NCBI GenBank assembly: GCA_002104905.1
Contig: MCFE01000178.1
Location: forward strand, 1 to 64,000
Origin: Basidiobolus meristosporus CBS 931.73
Taxonomy: Eukaryota > Fungi > Basidiobolomycota
DNA length: 64,000 nucleotides
Reading direction: 5' to 3'
This document shows positions 1 through 11,386 of this stretch, one piece after another (position 1 is the first letter of the stretch; the number at the start of each line of letters is the position of its first letter). Position numbers and translations under genes: made by a program. The notes beneath the pieces are model-generated. The model made no database searches, was not told the DNA's origin, and saw nothing but the letters and a program-made list of their open reading frames with translations.

Positions 1-1015
1 GATATGTATTTATTCAAGTGGTGTTCAGAAGGCATTCCTACCAAGAGTACATTAGATGCATTGGAAGTCATATGTGGACATTGTAGGAATATTTATCCAG
101 AAGTGAATCACCAATGCCAACTTGATGTATCTACAGCTGTTGTGTGAGGAGTTTGTGATGAGGTTTGAGCGGTTATACTACAAACATAAAGCTGAACACA
201 TAGATCTTTGCCACCACTGTATTCATTCTCCACTCCATGTTGCATGGTGTGTGAAGAATATTGGGGCTTGCTTCACCTTTTGGGAGTTTCCTATGGAGCA
301 GATGTGTGTGAAGATAGGAAGATGAGTCAAGTTGCAGGTACTACCATATCCCAATCTCATCAAGATTATTACCTTCAAGTCTGTCATGGATGTGATGAGT
401 TGGCACATAGAGGACAGCCACAAAGAGTTGGAAAATACTGAGGACAAATGTGCGCATAGAAACACCTATGCCTATGGCATTAAGAAGCTAAGCAGCCTCA
501 ATGCATGGGTAATCAGTTCAGTAATGCAAAGTTGGGTTGGGTGCAATAAGCAACTAATATTTATCAGGAAAACTCCACCAAGATATGCCAGATTTCTAGT
601 GGTCACAAGCCAACTTCTACACCATTAAATACAGAATTCAAACAAACAAAAGCCAGAGCGCACCTGTAAGGGGGACTAGAATCCAGCAGGGAGAAGGAAT
701 ATAGTGGCTAAATACCAAGAAGTTCTTTGCCAATATTCAGGAGGTATTCATGGCAGAAGTGGCAACAACCAAGCATATGTTTGCAAAATGTATATGCTAC
801 CAGCAGTACAAGGTATATGGCAACTTTGCAAGTATCACACTAAAAAGCCGTAAAGTTGAGGTGATAGAAGTATGTCAATTGCAGCAGGTGTATGCGTTTG
901 TAGGGGTTAGTACGCAGGAGGCCATAGTTTTTTTGATTCAAACTATACGTGGAATACCCAAAGTAGTAGTGGGTAAGCAAATAAAGGAAGGTGATTCTAC
1001 AGTGGAATATATAAA
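1..1015 (+). pseudogene. CMC/CACTA transposase 3' part (DUF4218-like region and C-terminus), degraded
   Basis: ORF 122-325 has HSPLHVAWCVKNIGACFTFWEFPMEQMC, the fungal EnSpm 'H..LH....i...GP....W.FpmEr.c' motif; continues through stops and frameshifts to ORF 750-1100; homologous to other copies here. Confidence 0.8.
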
Positions 1016-1020
1016 TTGCC

Positions 1021-1109
1021 AGGTGTTATTACACCCAGTGAACATCCCATACACAAAACACTTGAGAAGTGTTGGATGTATCTCTCCCTTGGACTTATAA
1101 ACCACCACA
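1021..1109 (+). repeat. 3' end of LTR family D
   Basis: Matches 57775-57862 (acccagtgaac...gagaagtgttggatgtatctctccctt...accaccaCA); right flank atgt. Confidence 0.75.
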
Positions 1110-1555
1110 ATGTATTATGCACTCATCCTGTTTCTGGACTATTTCCTGATTTCTCTGTGCCATTGCATTTATCCTTTCAGCCACTGCAGCTAATTGCCTC
1201 ACTAATGCTTAGGTATGAGCTGGCACATACTTGCTAATATGTGAGGTGGTGATGTTATGATGACCACTTGCTGGCCTTCAACTCATGGTACCGCTATTGC
1301 TACATCATCATCCACCTCAGCAATATGGTCAGCTTATGGCCTTGCAGAAATTCCCAGTTGCCTACTTGACTGAGAGCCTGAGGAGTCTGCAGTGTTACCT
1401 TCAGTGGGCACACTGTCAACATGGCCTTTTTAGGATGTAGCCCTGCTTGTTGCACTGAATGTCAAAGCAAGCTGTTGTCCAACTGTTTCTCTGCTGCCAT
1501 CAGTAGTGGGGTTGGATTGGGAAGCAGACAACTTTGACGTATTTTTTGGCAGCAT
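1110..1555 (-). pseudogene. CMC partner gene, 5' fragment
   Basis: Reverse complement aligns to the + strand copy starting at 22562; starts ATG CTG CCA AAA (MLPK..SKLS..QQLALTFSATSRA), the same frame as ORFs 33114-33305 and 11262-11639. Confidence 0.65.
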
Positions 1556-1774
1556 ATATATGGAAGTGAGTCAAACCAAAGGGTAAATGGTGTCACATAT
1601 GTGTGTATGTAGTGCCACAACTTTATCTTTAGTGCTTACTATGGCAGGTCATCATTGAATCTTACATTCATGGAGGTGCAATGTCTCAAACACAAGACTG
1701 TCTTAAATTCACATGGGTATGGCCTAAAAGTGGTATAATAGCATTATGTTGTTGAAGGACTAACTGTTTGCCCC
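1556..1774. promoter_or_regulatory. Putative bidirectional promoter between the CMC partner gene (-) and transposase (+)
   Basis: About 220-bp spacer between two divergent ATGs; conserved at ~11740-11952, ~22350-22561, ~29770-29880 and ~33260-33440; TATA-like ccatatatATG next to the partner start. Confidence 0.5.
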
Positions 1775-3600
1775 ATGGACAAGACTACTTTGACTCAATG
1801 CTGTTAGAGAAGAGAAAAAGGACCATGCAGCTACTGTGGCAAGCCTGTCAGCCATGAAGTACACGGACAGCATAGGAAGCATTACAAGAATTACGGCCAG
1901 TTTTTTCCATACAAGTCATATCTAATCATTCATCAGTCACAACTGTACCAACATTATCTTGCCAGTCAGTTGATACTTCTATATTGGCACCTGGCTGTCT
2001 CTATCATCTTGCTAAAACTGAGTCAGGTGAGTTTGTGATGCCTTTAGGCTCACCTCAGCCTTCTGAATATGGCATGCAGAGTGATAGCTCTGAAAATGAA
2101 GGTCCAGTGATGGATTTTGAGCCTATCTCCCAATAACAACAAGACCACATATGAGCCTTGTCAAATACCTATATGAGATGAGACAACACCTGTGAAAGCA
2201 AATGCCAAGGATACTTTATGGAGCCAAGTGAGTCCAATAATTGATCTACTGGTGAATGATGTATTGGTGTGGCTAGAGAAGTGGCGCATTTCCACTAATA
2301 TCAGAAATGGGGGCTTTGAGGATTTAATACTATTTCTTGCCACTATCATACTGGGATGCAATGCAAGATGTACATAGTACAAGTGGACAACTATCAGGCA
2401 GCTGAAAACATATGATCCAGAGACTGTCCTGATTCCAGCATATGTCAACAATTGCATGGCATTCACATCCAAAAATGTTACTAATTATAACATGTCCAAA
2501 TTGTCAGGAATCCACCACCATTGAGGGAAAATATTGTTTATACCCCAGATATATTCCAGTCATACCCCATTTGAGGAAGCTGATGCAGTCCAACAAATAT
2601 TGCAAAGCTATACAGTACCACACTCAGTATCAGTCAAGTGCAAACAGATTTAATATATAAAATGGTAAACATTTTGAACAGCTAAGAATCAAGTGCTACT
2701 TTGAAGCTATGTATGACCAGGCCTTTGCCTTAGCACTAGATGGATTTTCATTAAACAAGTACTGTACCAGCAAATCCTGCTGGCCACTGATTCTCATCAA
2801 TCTGAATCTGCCACCCATCTTATGGTATCAGAGCAATAATCTGATGGTAGTCTTACAGGTATCTTGGCCTAAATCACCGTCCAACCTGGATAGCTACCTG
2901 TATCCATTGCTGGATGAGCTTTGTATGCTTTTCAGTGCAATAGCAGTAAATGGCCATCAGACTTGTTCCAATGTACCCTGCCAGGGCATGTGGTGCAATC
3001 CAGAGTCTCCAAGAGCAATTGGGTGTGATATTGTAGCTACCTGTAGGCAGGATTACTCTTGGACATTTTGCACCATGTGGGAAATTCATGCACACTATGG
3101 CACAATCTGGCACAATGAGGCTGGCACAAATGATTGCACCCACTTGTAATGTTTGCATCACGTGCACAATTGGATACTTCTATTATGGTAGTTAAAATTC
3201 AGTATTTAGATATGTTTCTTTAATGTAAATGGAAATAAATGCATATGACATTCTAAACTACACTGATACTTATCATTTTGCTTACCATCACTCCAATTGG
3301 ATGGTATCTCAATGATTTATTGGTCTAAAAGTATCCTGAATCTGTCAGCCCCCAATTGACTCTTCAACCAATACACAAGATATTTAGTGCAAATCAGATC
3401 AAATGGCTGCACTGGTGCCACAGATGATGTATCCATATGCAAGGTGTTTATTTATAGGGGCCCTGTCTCAAATATGAGACAACCTTCATATTGCTTATAT
3501 CAAAGATTTAGTGATCACTGATTTGCAATGGCTTGATACAGATTGCAAAAAAATGCGTTGTTTGGACCATTACAAATAATAGCAATTCAATGCAATTGCA

Positions 3601-4843
3601 TCATCTTCTCCTAGGCTTTTTTCTCACAGGGATTACTACTGAAGCATTTGGTAGTGATTCACTTTGCACACCCAAACTACTTTCTTGTTGACTATCCTCT
3701 TGGCTACTAGTGTATTTGTAGTCAGTATTTGCCTCCTAGTTGATGAGTGCAATGCTGCAGCTTAGCCGCGCTGAATTGCTCTGGATGCAACTGAGCCGGC
3801 CTGCAGTGCTACGCGCTGACACATTCTTTTACTTGCTAAGGGCTCTGGTGGTGGAGGCCCCTCATGTGGGTCATCATCAGTCAGTTCACCAGAAGAAACT
3901 TGCTGATAGTCAGGTGTAATGGCATGTGCAGACACAACTTGATGCACCGGTATGGCCCTTGGCTGAGTTCAATGTGATGCCGCTTGTTGATGCTACTTGG
4001 CCCGCTCCAATGGACTTATGTCTTTTTGAGTAGTTTGGTGGGTTCTGCTGGTTTTACTCTGAAGCGCACATGTTGACCCAATACGTATTGAGTTAATGTG
4101 CGGTGCTCTTGTGAAGGGTGTTGCGTAGTTTGGACTGATGTGTGCTGGTGTGCTGAAGTTGCAAGGGATGGTGGGAAATCCAGCAAGGAGTGCTGGCACA
4201 ATCTAGACAATGTTGCTTGCAGTCTGCATTCTTCCTCTTGAAGCTCACCTTCTGATTCCTCACTGTATTCACTTACCCTCTGTCTAATACTTTGGAACTG
4301 TTGCCTGGATGGGTCCTGGGTATATTGCTCTCAGAAGCCACTTAGCTCTACTAATATATAACGTAATACATCAGTCCTTTGAGGCAAAAACTCCTTCAAA
4401 ATCTCTTTAGTTCCCAAAGTCAAGGCACAAACGGATGTGTCCGGCCTGTACTAAGCAAATTGCGCTTAAAATTGTTCCTGTGCAGCTTCCTCATCAAATC
4501 CCCTCACTCTCAGCTCATTCTTGACTTCAATACTTGTCTTGTTAAATATCCTTTGACATATATCTGCTGGCATCTTGATGTAGAGCTCATGCCACAGCTT
4601 TCTACTCAGGTTCTTCCATCTCTGTTGACTCTCCAAGGTATCTAGTTCTGCTAGATTAATGAGTAGTGCCCAAATATCTGTATGAAGGCTCATCAAAGAC
4701 ACTTGGGCCATACTGAAACCATTTGGCAAGAACTCAAATAGATCTGACATCACCTTTTCTGGTCTGGACCATGCTTTTGAGCTGGGGGATGGGTTTTGTC
4801 TGCATTGAACTAAAGATGAGTTAATACTTGGTACAGGGACCAT
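3601..4843 (-). pseudogene. PHIS element second gene (possible Myb/SANT-like DNA-binding partner), interrupted
   Basis: ORFs 4466-4843 and 4016-4210 share a frame across a few stops; W-spaced motif AWSRPEK..DIW..QRWKNLSRK; a downstream frame ends VRKKPRRR*; the ATG region is conserved at 63784. Confidence 0.5.
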
Positions 4844-5202
4844 AGTGACAGATTTGGATACTTTATCAATGGTGTACTGGCATCAACCCGGTCTTATATG
4901 AAATATATACAAAAACTAATGTGATTGTTGAATTTTCCATATATTATGCATGATGCATCTTGGATTGCATTGACATGGATCAGATCACATCAATTGCAGA
5001 TGTCCTATTTGATTATAGACTTGTGGGTAAAACATCAATAAAAACACCCAGCCATTGTTTGAGGATGATTCTTGCAACATAATGATGGGATACATGTCAA
5101 TTGATGGAGATTTAATCATAATGCATGAAAAATCAGATAAATAAAGCTGATTGCACCAAATTGATTCAAATCACCTCAGCCTAATCCTCCAGCAATTTTA
5201 GT

Positions 5203-6051
5203 ATGACTTACTCATCTGAACAGTCTTTTCTCATCAATCCCCTTACTACCACTGGATTTCCTTTTGACACACTCAAGAAGATCTGTACAAAGTACTGTGG
5301 TCCATCTACCCCAATCTACTCAAGGAGATCCCTTGTTAAGCTTCCCTGCTATCACAAGAACTATTGCCCTACAAGGTTTCATCCCACCATTCATGGCAAC
5401 AAAAGTCCAAGAAGCTTTCATTCCTAGCTGACAGCAATGGAGAACCACCTTGCAGAGGGTATGATTGGCTTAGAGCAAGCATGGAGTACTAGGTTCAGAA
5501 GTTCCAATAGACTTCCATATCCCAGAGTGTTTAGTAACAGGTTCCATATAAGGAATATTGTGGATACCTTCCCAGTCAGGATTAACAGACCTTCTAGAGG
5601 GCAGAGGCACTTTTATTCTGGCAAATGCAAGGCACACTGTGTGAAGCTTCAAGCACTGTCTGACATTGAGGGTAAGATCATCTGGTTTAGTGGGCCATTT
5701 GCTGGAAGTAGGCATGACAATGCACTCTGGGTAGAGAATCATCCAGAATACAGTAGAGGGGAGAAATATGCGGCAGACTTAACATATATTGGAGAGGAGT
5801 GTCAGAGATTAGGATGTATTACAGCTTATAGGAAGCCAAGGAATGGTGTGCTTTGCAGTGAGCAGAAGCCCTACAATGAGATATTTAATCATTTCAGAGT
5901 GAGGGTAGAGCATACACTTGGATATCTGAAAAGATTCAACATATTGGCCGGTAAATACAGAGGAAAGTTATATATAGGAGAAAACAGCAGAATAGGTAAA
6001 TAAGTCAAGATACTTATCAATGCACAGTATACTCATACAAGAACACATTAA
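5203..6051 (+). pseudogene. DDE transposase, IS5/ISL2/Harbinger-like (DDE_Tnp_4-like), with in-frame stops at 5425 and probably 6001
   Basis: ORFs 5203-5427 and 5437-6003 are in one frame; motifs IVDTFP.RINRP, FYSGK..H..KLQ, GPFAGSRHD, AADLTYIG, RVRVEHTLG supply D-D-E. Confidence 0.85.
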
Positions 6052-7117
6052 CTGAGAGATATGTGTCTGGAGCGTTATGAAGAGTGAATAAAGCAAGGAA
6101 AGCACTACTCTGATTAACATAAGTAAGATTGAGTAAAACTACTAGTAACTATATCCTACCTCTGGCATTATAGTAGAAATCGTAGTGCCAGATGGTACAA
6201 GATCAATCCGGCACTATAAACAGGCTAGCACTATATGGCCCTATCCAATGGAATAACTCTATCAAGTAAAAGCACAATTTATTATCTGCATTGGAGATGC
6301 CCTGGCCATCAGCAAGTTAGCAGGTTATTCTGGGCACAGTGGATGGTATTACTGTCAAATGTCTGAGATACAGGGGATTTATTCCATAACTCAATACTAA
6401 GAAATTCTTTGTGGATATTCAGGAGGTATTCATGAAAGAATTGGTGTCAACCAAGTATATGTTTGCAAGATGTATATGTTGCCAGCAGTACAAGGTATAT
6501 GGCAACTATGCAAGTATCACACTCAAAAGCTGTAAAGTTGAGGTGATAGAAGTACGTCAAATGTGGCTGGTGTGAGTGTTTGTAGAGGTTAGTATGCAGG
6601 AGGCCTTAGTTTTTTTTTATTTAAACTATATGTAGAATACCCAAGGTAGTAATGGGTAAGCAAATAAAGAAGGGCAATTCTACTGTGGAATACAGGGATT
6701 GTGCAAGAGGAGGTAGAAGAAGAGAATACCATTTAGTAAATTGACATATCAGCATTATTCAGAACTGCTCTAGGCTCTCATACTGCCAGTATAATGCCAT
6801 CAGAGTCTTGTTGTGAGGCTGCTAAGATACTATCAAGTTTCTTGCCAAATAAGACAATTGGATGTCCTGACCAGTTGGATCCACTTTTAATAGTTATAGA
6901 GCACAAAAAGACCGCAAAAATACCATGCAATTTATGTCACAGCACCAATCAAATCTTGTCCAGTCTTATCTCTTTAAATGGTAGTCAAAATAGGAAAACA
7001 TTGTTGTAATCCTGTGGTAAGACTGTTAGAGGGTCACTAGTTCCAAGCTGGTGGTATTTTGACGGTTTCTAAACAGGATCCTGATGGCTAATCTGGATTG
7101 GATCCACCTGTGGGACC

Positions 7118-7134
7118 AAGTTATTTTTTATGGG
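7118..7134 (-). repeat. CMC terminal inverted repeat, transposase-side end
   Basis: aagttattttttatggg (rc CCCATAAAAAATAACTT) resembles the 10756-10772 end and the left ends at 11387, 31492, 43299 and 58069. Confidence 0.55.
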
Positions 7135-8508
7135 GTCTGTTTCAAGAGTGTTTGTGACACCTTAAGGCTCACCCTAGCCTTTTGAATATGGCAGGCAGAG
7201 TGATAGCTCCAAAGAAGCAGGCTCACTGATGGATTGTTAGCCTATCCTCCTTAGCAACAGTACCCTACATGAGTCCTGCAAAATGTTATTATGCAAGGAG
7301 ACAACACCTGTGGAAAAAAATGCCAAGGATACTTTATGGAATCAAGTGAGCCCAGTAATTCATCTATTGGTGAATGATGTGAAAAACATTGTTCACACTT
7401 GGGATATATTCCAGTACTATCACATGTAAAGAAGCTCATGCAGTCCAACATATATTGTTAAGCTACAAAGCACCGCACTTAGTATCAATCAGGTGCAAAC
7501 ATATCCAATATACTTGATGGCCTACATTGAAATAGTTGAGAAGCAAGGGCTACTTTAAAGGTTTGTATGACCATGCCTTTGCTTTGGCTCTTGATGAATT
7601 CTTGTTAAACAGGTACTCTACCAGCTTATCTGGCTGGCCACTGTATCTCATTGGCCTGAAAATGCTACCTATCTTATGGTATCAGAGCCAAAATATATTG
7701 GGAGTTTCACTGGTATATGGGCCTAAATCACCATCCAACCTGGATAGCTACTGTATTCATTGCTGGATGAGTTTTGTATGCTTTACAGCATGATAACAGT
7801 AAATGTAGGTCATGTAAAGCTCATATGATTATCTGCACTGGAGATACCCCAGCCATTGGCAGGATAGGTGGCTTTTCTGGGTCCAATGAAGAGTATTGCT
7901 GTCAGATGCATGAGATCCAAGGTACTTATACCACAACTGACACACATTAGTACTACCCAAATACCAACATTAAGTACATTGTCTTTCCATGGAGAGAATG
8001 TACAGAGGTCATCATGCCAATCCAGCTAAGTTGGCAAGCTATAGGCCATTTGACAGATAAAGAGTTAGCAAGAAACCAGAGATATTTGGGATAGAGGGTA
8101 TTTGTTGGAGCAAAAGCTTTCCACTGGGAGCAATACACTTGCTTTTCAACAATGTTTAAAGCTGATTACCAAGTTGTACATGGGGCATCTCAATCTAAAT
8201 GAGTTCTTTGAGATACCAGAGAAATTTGAAAGAATAGGCACACCATATTTTAGAGTATTGGCTATTCTAAGTACTTCTCACAGGCTCTAATCAGCATTCA
8301 TACACATGTGCAGCAATAGAAGTGGAAGGACTGGAGAAGCTGGGTATGTATTTCTTCAAGTTGTATTCTGAAGCCATTTATACAAAGAGTAGATTGACAA
8401 CATCCCTATACTGATGACCTAGTTGTACATGAAGCATTTCAAGTTAAACTTGCCCTTTGAGATACTGGAGAAATTTGAAAGAATTGGCAAGATATATCTT
8501 AGAGTATT

Positions 8509-9242
8509 AGACTAGTTCTGTTGGATAGTGCCACATTGAGCCATGAGTGCCAAATGGTGCCATTGAATGACAGAAAGGCATAGTGGACCTAAACTTGGCC
8601 TCAGATTGTGATATATAGCTCTTCATCCTCATGCAAAGCAGCCCTTGTGTTTCATCTATTGTGCTGGAGAAAAATCCATTTTTTGACCTTTTTTTTTGGA
8701 TCAGTGTTGCACAGGATGTGTAAGAGAACAGAAGGAATGAAGACATGCATCTGGTACTCAATACCCATGGCACTCTGAACCTAGCTCCTGTGGCTTGTAT
8801 GATGTCACAAAAATGCATGGCACTATCTTAGGACACTGCTCCTATCAGGCACTATATTTAAATATTAGCCCTAAAGTAAAGCCTATATAAAGCACTTATA
8901 GTGCCAGATAGTACCAGTGGAACAAGATAGTGCCATACATTTTTGTGACTTGATACAAGCTACTAAAGATAGTTTCAGAGTGTCATGGGTATTGAGTACC
9001 AGATGTATGCCTTCATTTCTTTTGTGCTCTTATACATACTACACAACATTGATTCAAAAAAAAGGTCAAAAAATAGATTTTCTCCAGTACAATGAGTGAA
9101 ACAGAGGGGCTGCTCTGCATAAAGATTCAGAACTATGTTTCACACTCAGTGGGCAAGTATAGGCATACTTGGCCTCCCTAGCACACTATGGCATCATTTG
9201 GCACTCATGGCTCAATGCGGCATCATCCAATGGAACATGTCT
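8509..9242. mobile_element. 734-bp foldback MITE, TSD ATT
   Basis: Ends agactagttctg and gaacatgtct; ATT on both flanks; empty site agagtATTggct seen at ~8250. Confidence 0.9.
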
Positions 9243-9730
9243 ATTGGCTATTGTAGGTACTTCTCACAGGCTCCAACCAATATTCTTATGCATGTTCAAC
9301 AATACAAATACAAAGACTGGATGAAGTGGATATGTATTTATTCAAGTGGTGTTCTGAAGCAATTCCTACAAAGTGTACAAAGGAAACATTGAGAGTCACA
9401 TGTGGGCATTGTAGGAATATTTATCCAAAAGCAGATCATCAATGCCAATTTTACACATCTACAGCTTTTATGCAAAGAGCTTGAGATGGGATTTGAGCAG
9501 CTATACTACAACCATAAAGCTGAACAAGTATATTTCTGCAACTATTGTGTCCATTTCCTACTCCATCTTGCTTGGTGTGTGGAGAATATTGGGCCTTACT
9601 TCACCTTCTGGGAGTCTGCTATGGAGCAGAATTGTGATGAGACAGGAAGACAACTCAAGTCTCAGGTACTGCCATACCTAATATCATCAACAATATTGCC
9701 TTCAAGTCTGTCATGGCTGTGATGAGCTGG

Positions 9731-10098
9731 TGTTATAATCTGCCGCTTGAATGTTTAAGTTAGATCAGTTTTTAGTCAAATCAATTAGTATATGCTTAGG
9801 TTATCAGTATATCATTATTATCTATGAAATCAGTAGCATTAGTCAGCACATGAATCAGCAGATCCTTATCAGACAGAAATAGATATATTAAGTAGGATCT
9901 TATTGGGTGATGATGATGCAATCAAATGAGTCATCAGCCCCAACCTACATTAGGAAATACAATTAGTCAGCAATTGATCTGGCAAAATGTATATAAGGAG
10001 CTGCTGGAACCTCAATAAAAATCAGTTCAAGTTTTAGTGAATACAATACTAGCTAAACTCCCTATTCCTCTACAACTCTTATACCAAGACTTGTAACA
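9731..10098 (+). mobile_element. Solo LTR, Gypsy family B, 4-bp TSD CTGG
   Basis: TG...CA, 368 bp; homologous to LTRs at 52900, 53479 and 58882; ctgg on both flanks. Confidence 0.9.
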
Positions 10099-10808
10099 CT
10101 GGCACACTGAGGACAGCCAAAAAGATGTGAAAAATATTGAAGACTGATGTGCACATGGAAAAACCTATGCCTATGACATTAAGAAGCTAAACTGCCCCAA
10201 TGCATGGGTAATTCATTAAGTAATGCACAGTTAGGCTGGGTGCAGCAAGCAACTAATTTTTATTAGGAAAACTCTACCAAGATATGCTGGATTTCTCATG
10301 GTCACAAGCCAATTTCAACACCATTTAATAGGGAATTCACACAAACAAGAGCCTGAATGCACTTATAAGGGGGACTAGTATTCAGCAGCAAAAAGGAATA
10401 TATTGGCCAAATGCCAAAAAGTTCTTTGCAGATATACAGGAAGTATTGATAGTAGAAGTGTCAGTGACCAAGCATAAGCTTGCAAGATGTATATGTTACC
10501 AGCAATACAAGGTATATGGCAATGTTGCAAGCATGACACTAAAAAGCTGTACAGTTGAGGTGGTAGAAGTAAGTTGATTGTGGCTGATGTACAAATTTGT
10601 AGAGGGTAGTAAGCAGGAGGCCATAGTATTTTTGATTCAAGCTATATGTGTAATACCCAAGATAGTAGTGGGTAAGTAAATCAAGAGGGGTGATTCTACA
10701 GTGAAATATGTAAATTGCACCAGTGGAGGGAGAAAAAGGAAGTACCACTTGACCAAATTATTTTTCATAGGGTTCAGGAGGGAGATAGCTGATTATTGCT
10801 GCTACCAA

Positions 10809-10945
10809 TGTTACAATTCTTGGTTTAAAGGTTGTAGAGGAATAGGCAGTGTAGCTAGTATTGTATTCACTAAAACTTGAACACATTTTATTGAGGCTGC
10901 AGCAGCTCATTATATACATTCTGCCAGATCAATTGCTGACTAATG
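10809..10945 (-). repeat. Partial LTR, family B
   Basis: Reverse complement of the 3' ~135 bp of LTR-B. Confidence 0.75.
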
Positions 10946-10949
10946 ATGA

Positions 10950-11386
10950 TCTCCGGATAAAATTAGTTGCTTGTTGCACCCAACCCAATTTTGCATTACA
11001 TAACTATTAGCCTATGCATGGGGGCTGCTTGGCTTCTTAGTGCCAAAGGCATAGGTGTCTCCATGTGCACATCTGTCCTCAGTATATTCCAACTCTTCCT
11101 GACTGCCCCCCATGTGCCAACTTGCCACTCCATGACAGACTTAAATGTAATATTGTTGCTGAGATTGGGATATGGTGGTACCTGCCACTTGACTTGTATT
11201 TTTATCTCACAACAAGTTTTCTCCATAGGAAACTCCTAAAAGACAAAGCAAGACCCAATATTCACCACATACCAAGCAAAATGGAGTATATAATTGATAC
11301 TGTAGTGGCAGAGAAATAAACCTTCAGCTTTATGTATGGAGTATAACTACTCAATCCCATCAAACACTCTTTGCACAAAAGCTGTA
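10950..11386 (-). pseudogene. CMC transposase fragment (DUF4218-like)
   Basis: ORF 10996-11226 MEKTC..QVPPYPNLSNNITFK; interrupted at 11387 by another CMC left end. Confidence 0.7.

Larger units (their letters stand above)
2959..6260 (+). mobile_element. PHIS-superfamily (PIF/Harbinger-ISL2EU-like) DNA transposon, 3302 bp, two divergent genes
   Basis: Termini AGACTTGTTCC and GGAATAACTCT; direct repeat ATC at 2956-2958 and 6261-6263; the empty site matches an uninterrupted CMC copy near 45830 (rc); contains a DDE_Tnp_4-like ORF. Confidence 0.85.
1775..6735 (+). pseudogene. CMC/CACTA transposase split by a PHIS insertion (1775-2958 and 6264-6735), with a large internal deletion
   Basis: ORF 2709-3149 ALALDGF..SCWPLILINLNLPP..PKSPSNLDSYLYPLLDEL is the Transposase_21 (tnp2) core; reading resumes after TSD atc at 6261. 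Confidence 0.85.
7150..10772 (+). mobile_element. CMC/CACTA copy (transposase pseudogene to right TIR), carrying a MITE and a solo LTR
   Basis: tnp2 motifs in ORFs 7536-7793 and 9402-9722; ends ttatttttcataggg (rc CCCTATGAAAAAT). Confidence 0.75.

Noticed and set aside
5425-5427. Classical CpA RIP as the main mutational process
   Set aside because: Some CAG-to-TAG stops exist (5425, 24608), but only 2 of about 26 transitions in the LTR-A pair are in CpA context versus 12 at CpG.
5203-6051. Bacterial IS5 contamination or very recent horizontal transfer
   Set aside because: It is integrated with a TSD in a fungal-type CMC element, has a second diverged copy and MITE derivatives, and is CpG-depleted like its neighbours. 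A deep bacterial origin remains untested.
9727-10102. CpG-centred targeting by Gypsy-B
   Set aside because: CTGG fits, but the other B flanks (gagc, gaag, tgga) do not.
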